A DNA stretch of 54,644 nucleotides, filler included, from Sphacelaria rigidula (taxonomy: Eukaryota): the NCBI GenBank assembly GCA_964200075.2. It is 2 parts of 2 records of this genome, joined end to end, with 100 filler letters (N's around TTAATTAATTAA, not from the genome) between each part and the next. Parts side by side here need not be neighbours in the genome. Positions count along the whole stretch, not along the records: positions 27,388 to 54,644 come from CAXNAA020000122.1; 1 more part is not named here. One strand, given 5' to 3'. Below, in pieces: positions 27,388 to 38,694 of the stretch. A program made the position numbers and the translations under genes. Numbering within the stretch: the stretch's first letter is position 1; the number at the start of each line of letters is the position of its first letter. The notes beneath the pieces were generated by a model, which did no database searches, had not been told where the DNA came from, and worked only from the letters and a program-made list of their open reading frames with translations.

Positions 27388-30300
27388 GGAAGTAGTTGGT
27401 CGGAAGTAGCCGTTACGTATGGTGCAGATGGAATGTACATGCAGGGGTATGTGGTTGAGAGACTCTGGATGAGCCTGCGGAGCCCCGTATCTGGAAGGAT
27501 TGGGGCACTCCTCTTTCTTCCCTCTCTCCGCTCTTCTCCTCTGCTTCCCTTGCGGGTCTAATACAAAGGATTAACCTATCTCCCCCTTCCAAGTAACGGA
27601 CATACGAACACACTAGTGCGATCCCTCGAGGGAGTCCATTAGGAAATGGCGGGCCGCGCGGACGGGGGCGATGTCCCCGGCGGACTTCTCGGCGGGAGAT
27701 GAGAGCCAAGCTTCTGTTCCGCCGAGCAGCCACCTAGAGCTGCATCCCGCGGTGGTCGTCAGGGAGGGCGACACTGGTGGAGGAGAGAGCAGCAGTAGGC
27801 CGGGCGTGCAAGGCGTCCTGGTGCGGGCTGTGGAGGTCCCTGCTGAAGGTGGGTCTAGTGTATTCTGGAACACCGACTCTCTCCGTAGAAGAAGTTATGG
27901 CGATGTGTGTACAGCAGCGTCGCTGCCGCTGGGGGCACAAGCGAAAGTGTCACAGCAACCGACTATCCATACGGGAGAGGTCGGGCAAAGTCAAGTGGCG
28001 CCAAGAAGGGTGCTGCTGACAGTGGGGGCGCTAAGGAGAGCATGTCCACACAGAGAAGTCACTTTTATCATCGCGCATCACGGGTGGCGTTGCCCGTGAT
28101 CTGCTAGCTGATTTGCAGAGGGGGAGCAACAACAACGATACGGCAGGTCCGCCGTAGGCCCTCAGCTTCGCTGGATTGCGAGGGGGGGGCGGAGGCAGCG
28201 CGCAGGTTAGGCGCGAGCTCCACATGAAAGGCGTTCGAGTAATCGGCGCAACAGAACGGACGGAGGGTCCGTGAAGTCGCGCAGTTTTGGCGCGCACTCC
28301 ATTTGCGTAAATGGGCGGTGGAGACAGGCCGGTAGAGTGACCGTGCACACCTGGGACGCAAGGACACTCAACCCTGTTTGGCACGCGCGACGGCGCGTGG
28401 GGGGGAGTGGGCGCCGAATCACGCGTTGAGCGGGCGGCGTTTCTTCAATATAGTCAGCCCAGCACGGACGTACGGACCGTGGCTGTTTTGCCTCGTCGTC
28501 GGAACGGGGGGGGCAGCATGATAAGTCGCGCGGAAGTGCGCGCAAACCCAGCACGGACGGAGGGGCCGTGGCTGTTCTGCCTCGTCATCGGAGCGGGGAG
28601 AGTGGCATATGAAGTCGCGCGGAGATGGCGCGCAACCCGTCAGCCGGAAATGGGCGATGGGACAAGAGAGGGGCACAGCGGATTAGCGGTGTCATCACAT
28701 GATGTCGTGCGGAGGTGGCGCGCAACCCATCAGCCGGAGATTGGGCATTGGGACGGGCACAGCAGATAGTCATCTACGAAGTCGCGCGGGGAGGTGCCGC
28801 GCGCATTTCATCAGCCGGAGGAGGCGAAGAAGGATAAGCTGCGCGGCGCGGCCGCGGGCACTGCTGGATTCTGGTTGGAACTGGGATTTGTTTTGTTTCT
28901 TTTTGTGTACGGAGCCGATGCAACAGTAGCGTTTGTCTTTCACGGAACAGTCGCAGTAAAGGCGCTTTCTAGGAGTTTGAAGGAATCGCTTGTACGGTTG
29001 CCGCGTGTGTGGGAGTACGTGGATGACGTATAGGCCCGTCGTCCGTATACCTGAGTTTCATGAAGTCACCGATATACGTTTTCTCCCGCGTGGATGGAAC
29101 GTTGCAGAATAGGGGAGGGTGACGACGTGCGTGCGCGTCTTGTTTTGGAGAGTTCTATGCTTGGAAAGTTTGCGCCCGATCTGTGGATATTCTGCAACTC
29201 GACGGATTTGTGTTGTGCACAGATTTGTTTTTGTGTCTGAGGTGAAAGCATTTCGGTCTAGCAGGTATTTGGTGGCGGCGGGCGTTGATGAGCTCTGTAG
29301 GCGTTGTTGCACTCTTGTGAACATATTTGGTCGTGTTGCCACGTACGGATGCATGCCAAGTCAACGAATACTGGATGGTTGCTGTGTGTACGTCAATTGA
29401 AGATCACTAGGATAGCGCCTGCCCGGGGTGGGTAGAAAGCGCGCGTCGAATGACACACTAAGAGAGGGTGTATTGAGCCGTTCCCAACTACTAGGCGTGA
29501 TGCGCAAGGGAAGGCTTGAGGCTCAGATCATCAGTGTTTGGTTGATTGGCAGGCAGTGATAGATGCTTGTGGTGGTTGCTGTGACCAGGTTCGTAGAGTA
29601 CGACCTCACCGCGAGGGTGAGGGTGGAATCGACTTGTTTCGAACATGTTTGCGATATCGCGCGGGAAGGAGCCATTGACATTGATCGACGCATTTTTGTT
29701 TGCAGAAGAGTTCTGTCCATCCTTAGTTGAAGGAGAATTCGCGATGTGTTGAGTTTGAAGATCGTGGAGCCTTGTTGAGACTAGACGATTCGCGAGTGCA
29801 TCTGGACCAGTTAAGCTTGAACCAGTTTTGTTTCTGGTTGTCTTGATTTCTCGGAGGAATATTATCACAGTTGATCCCAAAACGGGGAGAACGTACTTGT
29901 CTGGTGAAGTTTTGATGCGGAATGCAATTAGGCAGGGAGGGCGTTGCCTGTAGACGTGTGGGACCTGGTCTGTATTGCACGTGCTGCACAAGGATTGAGT
30001 TCGTTTCATCGTTGCAGTGAGGATTTCTGGCATAAGCGGTGATACTCGGGATTGTAGAGTATTGCTTTGGGCGCATTATCCTTAGTTCTCATTGGTACTG
30101 CAGTACGGCCGTCGGAATCATCGATGATATGAACGGCTTATTAAATTTCGTTTGAGGCGTTGATGTCGACGGGTTTTGATCCGGTGGCCGGGTTTCCCCT
30201 TGAATTTTTGGTTTTCGTTGCGGTTAGATATTTCCAGATGTATTTCCGACGCACGAAAGGTTCTCCACTGGCGTAAAGAACCAGGGAGGGTGTTCGTGCG

Positions 30301-30524
30301 TGGAAGTAGTTGGTCGGAAGTAGCCGTTACGTATGGTGCAGATGGAATGTACATGCAGGGGTATGTGGTTGAGAGACTCTGGATGAGCCTGCGGAGCCCC
30401 GTATCTGGAAGGTTTGGGGCACTCCTCTTTCTTCCCTCTCTCCGCTCTTCTCCTCTGCTTCCCTTGCGGGTCTAATACAAAGGATTAACCTATCTCCCCC
30501 TTCCAAGTAACGGACATACGAACA
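27388..30524 (+). mobile_element. Non-autonomous LTR retroelement; 5' LTR 27388-27610 (start lost in gap), 3' LTR 30291-30524
   Basis: Near-identical direct repeats. The complete LTR has inverted ends TGTTCGT...ACGAACA and is preceded by the purine tract agggaggg (30283-30290). The 2.7-kb interior has no intact gag/pol. Confidence 0.88.
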
Positions 30525-30759
30525 CAATCTACACCTCATATCTTTACGCTGAAGCCTCGGGAGCATATGTGACAATGGTTTTCTCAAAGCCCTATAGAAG
30601 CACGACGAAACGCACCCCACAACATCGCTCTTGCAGACACGTGAACTGGATCGTATCGCAGACGTGCGAACTCGCACTCTTCTTCCTGATTTACAAAAAA
30701 ATAGTAACGGGGAACAAGGTTGCACACCTCCCCTCGGCTGCTTTCACGCACCGCACGCC

Positions 30760-31520
30760 TTTGCCTACGCTGGCATACGAGATGGTCCATCCACATAACA
30801 CCCAGCTCCCGGTACCGTGCGATCAATCAGAAAAATCACTCACCACGCACGCCCCAGCGGCAGTCTGGCTCCCTCCCGCGTGCGTTGTGTTGCAGACAAA
30901 TAGCCCTCCTCTCCGGAAAATAGCTTCGAGTTCAAAATAATCTCCCGGAGCTGCAACTCCGCACCACTTCGTCGCAGCGGTCTCAGTGCAAACGACGGTG
31001 AAGATGTGGCCCTGCGTGGCGTTTTCTCAGCAGGTGCTTGCGGCGGGGGCTCCGTACGTTGTTTCAGTATCCACATATGGGGCGAAACACGGAGCAGTTG
31101 AGTCCGTACGCGCGATGTAGAGCGAGCTCGATGGAGGGATGGATGGAGGGAGCGTGCGGGGGGATGTGGGATGGTGCTGCGGATGTGGGTTGGATTGTGC
31201 TGGGTCTGGAAACCAAGAAGAAGGTGAAATTGTTTCGTGACACATACTCGTTTCCTTTTACTCTGCGACGGCGCGATTGGCGGCAGCACAGAAATCCCCT
31301 GCGGCCGGTGTGCTCTATGAGCGTGAGGTTTTTGGGCGTGCTCTCAATACAGGAGCACTGCGGCAGCTATTACAATAGCAAAACACAGCAATTTTCTTTG
31401 CAGCTTTGGCCATCCCACCGACATGGTGCGGAGGTTTCAGCAAAGCGAGGTTCGGCGATGCCACTGATGCTAATCGAAGAACCCCTGTGGGCAGAGCTTA
31501 AAACGACTTTAACATGGGCA
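30760..31520 (-). repeat. Diverged copy of the promoter/5'UTR region of the NLR-like gene (paralogous to ~44900-45815)
   Basis: Shared blocks such as ctcccggtaccgtgcgatcaatc.gaaa..atcactcacc, gattggcggcagcacaga and ggcagagcttaaa. Confidence 0.8.
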
Positions 31521-31747
31521 ACTCGCCCTCTCGGTGGTTGCTCGGTGCGTGCAAAATGACCTGAGCATTGGGAAATCGCCCTCTTGGTGGCAACACCAGC
31601 GATGGGTGCGACCGGATGCAGTTGATACAGTAGTTTCAAAGCAGACCAAAGCCCCCGTTACTGAGTTTTCTAGGCCAGCCCAAGCGCGCCAAGGTTGCTA
31701 CGGTGGCGGCTACGGTGGCGGTACTCTCTATTGTGAAAAGTGGCACC

Positions 31748-32368
31748 CTACTCCCCCGTGTGCCGCCCGTTGCTTTTCATCAAATTGCGTTTGTCCAGCA
31801 TGCCCCTCGGCCACGCCTCCGTGAATTCAATTTCAATTTCAACATTAAAGTCATCCTGCATCTTCCCACCAGCCCGGTGGGTCTCGTACCAGACGCCAAA
31901 CTTGGAAAATATATCCTCTCTTGAAACACCAACAAATCTCTGGGATGACGCCACACGGGACGTGTCTGCCCCGCATATATCGCCCAACAGTATCGTCTGT
32001 GGGCTAACGTGGTCGTAAATGAGACCATCGGAGTCTTCGAGCCACGTGTGGAAGCTCTCGCTCCCCTCCGTCCACGGCTTTCCCGCGAGGATAAACCCTC
32101 CGTAAACAATGTGGATGTCACGCCCTTTGGTGTCCGCGAACCATAGACACCGACCTTGGCCCGCAGTTCCAGGCCAAGAGTTCTTCTGTAAAACTTTGCG
32201 TTCTCCAAAACGTTGTGCGGGCACCTCCCCGGTATGTCCGTGTAACCGGTGGACTGTCAACGGACTCTTTAACCGTGGGCGGCATTTTGTCACAGCAACA
32301 AGTGGTGCTCGTGAGCGGACAGCTACACCCGTGAATCGAGTAGCCACCGAGCGATTTGCTGCGCACAT
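31748..32368 (-). pseudogene. Frameshifted paralogue of the C-terminal part of 32950-33810 (HTWLED..DG..YDH motif)
   Basis: DNA 31770-32255 duplicates 32880-33352. The homologous peptide is split across ORF frames 31748-32368 and 31780-32208. Confidence 0.75.
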
Positions 32369-32819
32369 ACATAGACCCGACGCATCCCTTGGGGGTTGCC
32401 GGGGGGACGCACAAGGCCTTCAGCGCAGAAACGGTGCGAGACCCTTCTCCTCTCGCTTCATAGCTTTGGTCTTGCCACTCTTGGTTTTCTTTTTGTTGGC
32501 AGGCACGGTATGTTTACTCCAAAGAACCAAGAATTTGTACTTGACACAATTTGGCCGATCGGCAGCGCCGGTACCGCCAGTACGAGCAGTGGGTACAGTT
32601 CCAGTTGGATGCGTTTACTTCAATTGTGTCCAAAAGGCGCCTCCCCGTGGCGAAGATTCCTGATTTCTTCCGTGAGCGCAAGCGAGGCCAAGTGTAGGCG
32701 CATTCCCTTCCCGTATGCGATTAATACAGTAGTTTCAAACCAGGCCAAACCCCCTTGAAGCGCAGTGGCACAAGACGAAGCGCGCTAAAGGTTGCTTAGG
32801 TGGCGGTACGTCTCTGTTG

Positions 32820-33810
32820 TGAAAAGTGGCACCCTGATACTACGTGCCGCCGCTGGTGTTTTTGGATTAGACGAGGTTGATTATCAAATTGCGTTTGTCC
32901 AGCATGCCCCACGGCCACGCCTCCGTGAATCCCATTCCAATTTCAGCATTCAATTCGTCCTGAATTTTATGACCTGCCGGGTGGGTCTCGTACCAGACGC
33001 CAAATATATATATCCTCTCCTGAAACTCCAACAAATCTCTGGGATGACGCAACACGGGACGTGTCTGCCCCCGCATGTATCGCCCAACAGTATCGTGTGA
33101 GGGCTGACGTGATCATATATGCGACCATCGGAGTCTTCGAGCCACGTGTGGAAGTTCTCGTTGCCGTGCGTCCACGGTTTCCCCGCGAGGATCAATCCGC
33201 CGTAAACAATGTGGACGTCACGACCATTGGTGTCGGTGAAACCAGAAACACCGACCTTGGCATGTAGTTCCAGGCCAAGAATTCTTCTGTAAAACTTTGC
33301 GTCTCCAAAACGCTGTGTGGGCACCTCCCCGGTATATCCGTGTAACCGGTGGAGTGTTTCAGCGGGAATGGTTTTGGGGATCATTGTCTCGAAGCTGTAC
33401 TGACCGTGGCACGAGCTGTAGCCCTCCCTGATGTTGACCGGTATCGTCGACCGGACGAGAGGCATGAGCTCACTTGGTATTCCGGTGCCCACGTAACGCA
33501 CGTTGACCTCGAGACCCTTTGTGCAGTCTGGATGTGCCGGGATTCCCCAGGGCTCTCGAATGCCTCCCTTGTAACTCTTTCTGCAGACGATGCACTTGCG
33601 TTCGACGATAGCCTTCAGGTGTCCGATGCCGAGTTTGCACAGGGTTTTTCTCTGGTACGTAGTCATTTTCGGTTTGACGCTCGCGATAGCGGCCGGGATG
33701 TTGGCGTAGACGACACCTTTTGAGCGTCGGGACGCTCTCGCAAACGAAGCCATGCACTTGGCATCCGGTGGGAAGGCAGTCACGAGGTCGATGTTCACGT
33801 CGGCAAGCAT
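32820..33810 (-). pseudogene. Chimeric ORF: F-box-like N-terminus, CxxC...HxxC Zn motif, then transglutaminase/papain-like HTWLE-DG-YD segment; frameshifted at the 3' end
   Basis: 286-aa ORF. Similarity to the neighbouring copy starts abruptly at HRLHG.TGEVP, and the tail continues in frame 32867-33076. Confidence 0.55.
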
Positions 33811-34004
33811 GTTGATGCCTGAGAACGTAAAGTGATCTTGTTTCTGTCCGGTGTCGGATCATTGTTTCCGGCTTAAAGTGACGAGAGCTGCCGGCATATT
33901 GCGGTGGCAAAATTGCGGGCACCATGTATCATACCGGAACCACACCTGTCCCCTCCGCTACAAAAAAGTTGCGCGCGAATCGACCTGCATGTCGCCGGGC
34001 GTGA

Positions 34005-34694
34005 TCAACCAAAAAAATCAAATAGTTTCACCATCGACGCCAAAGTTTTGCTGGATGAGCGTTTTGACGCTGTCGAGAACATGAACTTTAGCATCTGTGT
34101 CAATCTCGACACCGATTTCCTCGCACATTTGATAGCAGTAAACTTTCTCTCGTCCATCCTTTTTCTCTTGAGAGACATGCCCTTTTCTTGCAGCTCATAG
34201 TCGTTCCTACGAAGGTCCTGGTACCCCTTCTGAAGCTCCTGGTCCCTGGATTTCATGGAGAACTCAACTACTTGTCTCGCGAACGCCTCACGATATTCCT
34301 CACTCAGATGCCTAAATCCCGCGGGCATGTCAGCACATTGAGCGCCGGCTCGAAAGCATTTTTCACGCATCGCAATATGACGTTTTTCTGTCTCGATGAC
34401 AAGCTTGGGATCACCCTTGAGCAGCTTACACACGGTGTGTGACATCTTGCGACGTACGTCGTCTGGAATCTCCGCCGGCAGTAACCACACGAGCTCAATA
34501 AGCATGTCGACCCCTGCGACGGCCGTTAAACCTCCGCTGTCATTGATCCGGCGCTGCTCCTCATCTGGAAGCGCTCCAATCTTGATACAGGCGGTCTCTG
34601 CTTCGTCTGTATCACACGCGAGCACCATCTTCGCCACGTCCACGCCTGATCCCTTACGCGATGTCCGATCGACGCGGATCGTCGTTGCATCCAT
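34005..34694 (-). CDS. Bro-N/KilA-like giant-virus-type DNA-binding protein with coiled coil (3' end probably frameshifted)
   Basis: TIRVD...GS..DV.KMVL.CD; INDSGGLTAVA..DMLIELVWLLP...RRK.SH.VC.LL.GD; MPAGF..L. Intronless. Confidence 0.75.
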   Translation of the reverse strand: MDATTIRVDRTSRKGSGVDVAKMVLACDTDEAETACIKIGALPDEEQRRINDSGGLTAVAGVDMLIELVWLLPAEIPDDVRRKMSHTVCKLLKGDPKLVIETEKRHIAMREKCFRAGAQCADMPAGFRHLSEEYREAFARQVVEFSMKSRDQELQKGYQDLRRNDYELQEKGMSLKRKRMDERKFTAIKCARKSVSRLTQMLKFMFSTASKRSSSKTLASMVKLFDFFG

Positions 34695-35049
34695 TGTGCT
34701 TGATTAATCATAGGCTATGTTATATTTTCGGGCTTTTGAACGCAGTGCTCGCTGGTTGTGTGCGACGTGCGAGCGTTTTTCAGCTCGTAAGTTTGGCCTT
34801 AACACTGATGTGTGCATTTACTTGGTGGCAGATAAAGGGTCTGTGTGGTCAGTTGACGAAGCTTCGCCGGCGGGACACACACGATCCGGATGGCTTATTA
34901 AATCAGATCCGCATCTATCGAGTGCCCGGGATGTCGTGAGGTATTTCCGTATTAACAATTGAGAGTGCCAAAAAAGAATGACTGGCCAGTGTCTGCAGAG
35001 AATCCATCTTACTAATCTGACTCAAAGGCAACAGCACACACTACTGATC

Positions 35050-35589
35050 TTACCCAACAACAGTCGGCGACGAACCCTCTTTCTTCTCCGCAACAAAAAG
35101 CTGCGCGCGAATCGCCCTGCAACCGTATGTAGCCGGGGGAAGCGGCTCGATATCTACGGTGTCCTCCTCAAGTGTGACCCACGCCTCGTCGATCCTCTCC
35201 TGTGTGTGCTTCCCCCATCCTGTGTACTTGTGCTTGATGCGGTTGCACATGTACTTAACATCCTTTGCCGCCCGCTTGGCCTTGGCGTACTCGACCTCGA
35301 CAGGGAATGGGAGTTGACACGCTCTGAGATCACAAAATGCTTCGTCGTGGGCCTGCCGAATTTTGTACCCTGTCGTGATCAACCAAATGTGTTCCTTCGG
35401 TTTGAAGTAGGGCCTGAAATCCACCAGGTTCCTGTTCATGGAAGCAGCAAAGTCAGACGCTTGGTAGAAGTCGTCTCCGATTATGCCGTCGGACGTGAGG
35501 TCATTCAGCAGCCTGAGAGCATCTTTCGTCTTCGCCAGCATTTCCTGCGAAACACCGTGTGTGCTGCATCCGATGAGCCAAGCCAACAT
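35050..35589 (-). CDS. Hypothetical intronless protein (179 aa), duplicated at 53921-54436
   Basis: The open frame is conserved between two diverged copies, with an AT-rich upstream region. No motif recognised. Confidence 0.7.
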   Translation of the reverse strand: MLAWLIGCSTHGVSQEMLAKTKDALRLLNDLTSDGIIGDDFYQASDFAASMNRNLVDFRPYFKPKEHIWLITTGYKIRQAHDEAFCDLRACQLPFPVEVEYAKAKRAAKDVKYMCNRIKHKYTGWGKHTQERIDEAWVTLEEDTVDIEPLPPATYGCRAIRAQLFVAEKKEGSSPTVVG

Positions 35590-35660
35590 CTTTGTCGCAG
35601 TTTGTGGTTAGGGTGCACGGTGTTTTAGCTGCGAAAGTTTGGTGCAAATAATAATTTAGG

Positions 35661-36347
35661 TTACACCACCTCGCTAATGTCTGGTTTGGTGATTTGGGCT
35701 ATCGTGTCAACGATGTGAACTTGAGCGCGCGAATCGAGCGTGATATCAAGCTCCTCTAAGGATCGGTACATATAGATAACGGTGTCACAGCGTTTGCGTT
35801 TTAGCGAGATCTTCCGTTCTTCAAGTTCGAGGGCCTTCCGCCGGAGGTCTTGATCCCCGCCCTTGAGGAACTGTTGCACCATTTCCTTTGCGAGCTCTTG
35901 TTGATCTTGGACCCCTAAAAGCTCAAAGCCGGCCGGCATGTTGTCCTTCTCGCCCCCCTGAGCGTGGGCGCGTAGGCTCGCCTCTCGCATAGCGATATGA
36001 CGCGCCTCAGTATCGGTCACCAGGCTTGCATCCCCGTCGCACAAACTGCACACCGCGTGGCACACCTTCCGGCGAACGTCGTCCGGGATTGCGCCCGGTA
36101 GCAACCAGATGATTTCGATAAGAAAATCAACGTTCGCGACTTGCGTATACCCTCCCCTGTTGTTGATTTGAAGTCTCGGACGGTCTTCGTCCGCGTCAGC
36201 GGTTGGCCCGAGAAGCTTGTTCAGCGCAGCTTTGGCTTGGTCTTCGCCACAGTCCAATACCATCTTTTCAACATCTACCAGCGATGCCCTGTTGGAGGCA
36301 TGGTCGACGCGAATAGTGGCATTGTCGAGGCCCGTTGCGGTGGCCAT
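35661..36347 (-). CDS. Bro-N/KilA-like giant-virus-type protein with coiled coil (228 aa, intact)
   Basis: ATIRVDHASNRASLVDV...LQINNRGGYTQVANVDFLIEIIWLLPG...RRKVCHAVCSLCDGD...MPAGFELL. Paralogue of 34005 and 48108. Confidence 0.8.
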   Translation of the reverse strand: MATATGLDNATIRVDHASNRASLVDVEKMVLDCGEDQAKAALNKLLGPTADADEDRPRLQINNRGGYTQVANVDFLIEIIWLLPGAIPDDVRRKVCHAVCSLCDGDASLVTDTEARHIAMREASLRAHAQGGEKDNMPAGFELLGVQDQQELAKEMVQQFLKGGDQDLRRKALELEERKISLKRKRCDTVIYMYRSLEELDITLDSRAQVHIVDTIAQITKPDISEVV

Positions 36348-36554
36348 GATGTTATGTGGGCTCAGTAAACATAATATTTGTTGGTGAATGAACGAGACGG
36401 AGCGCTCACACCGTCGGAACGCAGACGATAGGAATCGCTTGCTGAATCAGTCCAGCATCAGCAAGTTAGGGGCGTCCAACGACAATAGCCTCGAAAAATA
36501 ATCGAATCACATTGTGATACTGTGTAGGCAACATTAATTTTCCGCTGGGTGCCG

Positions 36555-38152
36555 CTACAGCTTAATGCCCAAAACCCTGTAGCAGTAGATGATGGTATCA
36601 CATCGCCGAAGCTTCGTCGAATCTTCGCCCACCGGCACCGCCACGCACATGGCCGAACCACCGACAGCCGTAGTAAAACGCCACTGGACACCACTGATCC
36701 TTTCCGCGAACTCGTCTTTGTCGAGGTCGCAGAAACGCCCCACCGACGCCAATTGCTCTTTATAGTATTTCACGATGTCGATCTCTCCCATCGCTGTACT
36801 CGTTTTGATCTTCATCGAAGCATAGGCCCTCTTCTCTTCAACCGATGCGTGTTCGAACCAGAATGGCTCGTCATGCTGCTTAGATTGGTAAACGACCTTT
36901 CTCCGTTTCCTCGGCAACGTGCTTGCGCATCCCACTCGTTGTCAATATGAGCCCTGTTATCACCAACAACGGTGCTGGCATCATCGTCGTCCAGATCATG
37001 CGCTGGTTCTTCCACGCCAACCTCTTCGAACGTAACCTTCACCGCGTGCGCATAACACACTGACTTCGCCATCTCGAAGTACTTGTCGGTATCTTTATCT
37101 CCGATGTATGCAAAGAGGTGCAGACGCCTGGCCAGATGAGGGTAGTGTGATTGGTACGCGAGCACCTGCCCGAGCCCATGCTTCCATCGATTGTGGTACT
37201 TCACCTCGATCACGGCATCGCTGGGAATATCAATGAAACCCAAGGGTGTTTCCACCTCACGTTCTCCTCCGATGAGAAAAGCAAGAGCATCTCTCACGGA
37301 ACTTTCCTTCACCCTAGTTGACTCCCCGTCTTCCTTGTACTCCACCGGCTGAAGCAGAGCTTGTCGAATGGCTTCTCCTCCTTCGACAGACCCCCACACC
37401 AGGTTGTTCTGCTCGATCTGGCGACAAAGACGGAGATCACGCCTCATTGCACGGAACACTGTCTCCACAGATTCACGACGGAGCGCTATCGAGGCACCAC
37501 TTAGCAACATCCAAAAAACTTCCACCAGGGTGTTAAAGTCAGCAACCGGTGTAGTGTGCCCACAGCCGTTGATTTTGATGTTCTTGATACGGGATTCAAT
37601 CGATGTCACACGATCATCCTTTTCAAGGACGCGAGTAAACATTTGTGCAGCACATTCACCAGAGGCCTCGGGACACAATAGCTGAATTACATCAATAATG
37701 CTAGCTTCGCCCGTAAGTTCGTCCATCTTGACAGCGCCGTTGATGTTGATGGACCGTGGAGCTTTCTGCAGGACAGAAGCTTTCGTTTCAACCAGCTCGA
37801 CTGCATGCTTTCTTCCACCTGCTGTTCCCTCGGCTGGGGTTGCTGCGTTTGGCCAGAGGGGTGAACATTTTCCATACGCTCGGGCAGGGCCTCTTTGAAC
37901 GCCTGGCCAGACTCTTCGCGCCACTTGGGACCGCTCATTTTTTAAAGGATGTCGTGGCACAACCCGAGCGTGGCAAAAGACATCTGTCTGCCATTTATGA
38001 GACGCGTGGACTTCTTTAGGCCATCGTAGCCCTCGAGGGTTCGGTGGACTGCTTTCAGAATGCTCGAGTTGTGTAGGTTCGGCATGATGTATTTGACCAC
38101 GCTTTGCACCTAAATGTCCCCCATGGGAGCGTCGATCGTGATCCTTGTTCAT
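36555..38152 (-). pseudogene. Bro-N-like domain(s) + PD-(D/E)XK nuclease + helical C-terminus; frameshifted
   Basis: KINGCGHTTPVADFNTLVEVFWML, then GGEREVETPLGFIDI..DAVIEVKYHNRWKHGLGQVLAY. The tail continues in frame 36555-36935. A degenerate N-terminal Bro-like unit with stops lies in another frame. Confidence 0.8.
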
Positions 38153-38382
38153 GATATTTATTTTGTATAATTCGCAAGGCACATTTCTATTTTGTGCTGT
38201 TGAACGCGGCGCGTGTTGGTTGTGAGCATCGCGTGCACGTTTTCCAAATCTCAAGTTAAGCGTAGACACTAGCCACCCGGCGGCGATGCGGTGGTCTTGA
38301 GAAAAAGTGGAGGAATGGTTACAGTTTACATCGCAACGTCAACCCAGCCCGCCACTGCCGTCCGACCACACAACAATGCCTA

Positions 38383-38694
38383 TCAACCGTCAGCACGAGG
38401 GAACGCGCGACGTCGAATCTCTGTGATGATATCAGCAAGCCCAACCCTTTCCCTCGTATCGTACAATCCAACTTTTTCGTACGCCTCCTTTAACGTCATG
38501 ACGATGTCCAATTCGGCCATGACGCGTTGTTTAGCGAGTTCGAGATCGTTTTTCCTCGCGAGCATTGCCAACTCGTGTTGCACCACCATATTCAAGTACG
38601 CGTCGCAGTCGCTGTCGGTGGCGTGATCGAAGATAGGAGGACCAATGCGAGCCCTCTTCGCCTGGCGCTGTCGGGTGAACGATCGGGTGTTCAT
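38383..38694 (-). CDS. Small protein resembling the C-terminal helical module of the Bro-like family
   Basis: PPIFDHATDSD..AY...MAELDIV..LKEAYEKVG parallels PFWFEHASVEEKRAY...MGEIDIVKYYKEQLASVG in 36555-36935. Confidence 0.55.
   Translation of the reverse strand: MNTRSFTRQRQAKRARIGPPIFDHATDSDCDAYLNMVVQHELAMLARKNDLELAKQRVMAELDIVMTLKEAYEKVGLYDTRERVGLADIITEIRRRAFPRADG

Noticed and set aside
28990-29033. YVDD motif suggesting reverse transcriptase
   Set aside because: Followed immediately by a stop, with no other RT motifs recognisable. At most a decayed remnant.
38268-38297. Possible Helitron 3' end on the minus strand (ccacc...ggtgg-CTAG-T)
   Set aside because: The hairpin abuts CTAG instead of lying ~11 nt upstream, and no 5' TC end or RepHel gene was found.
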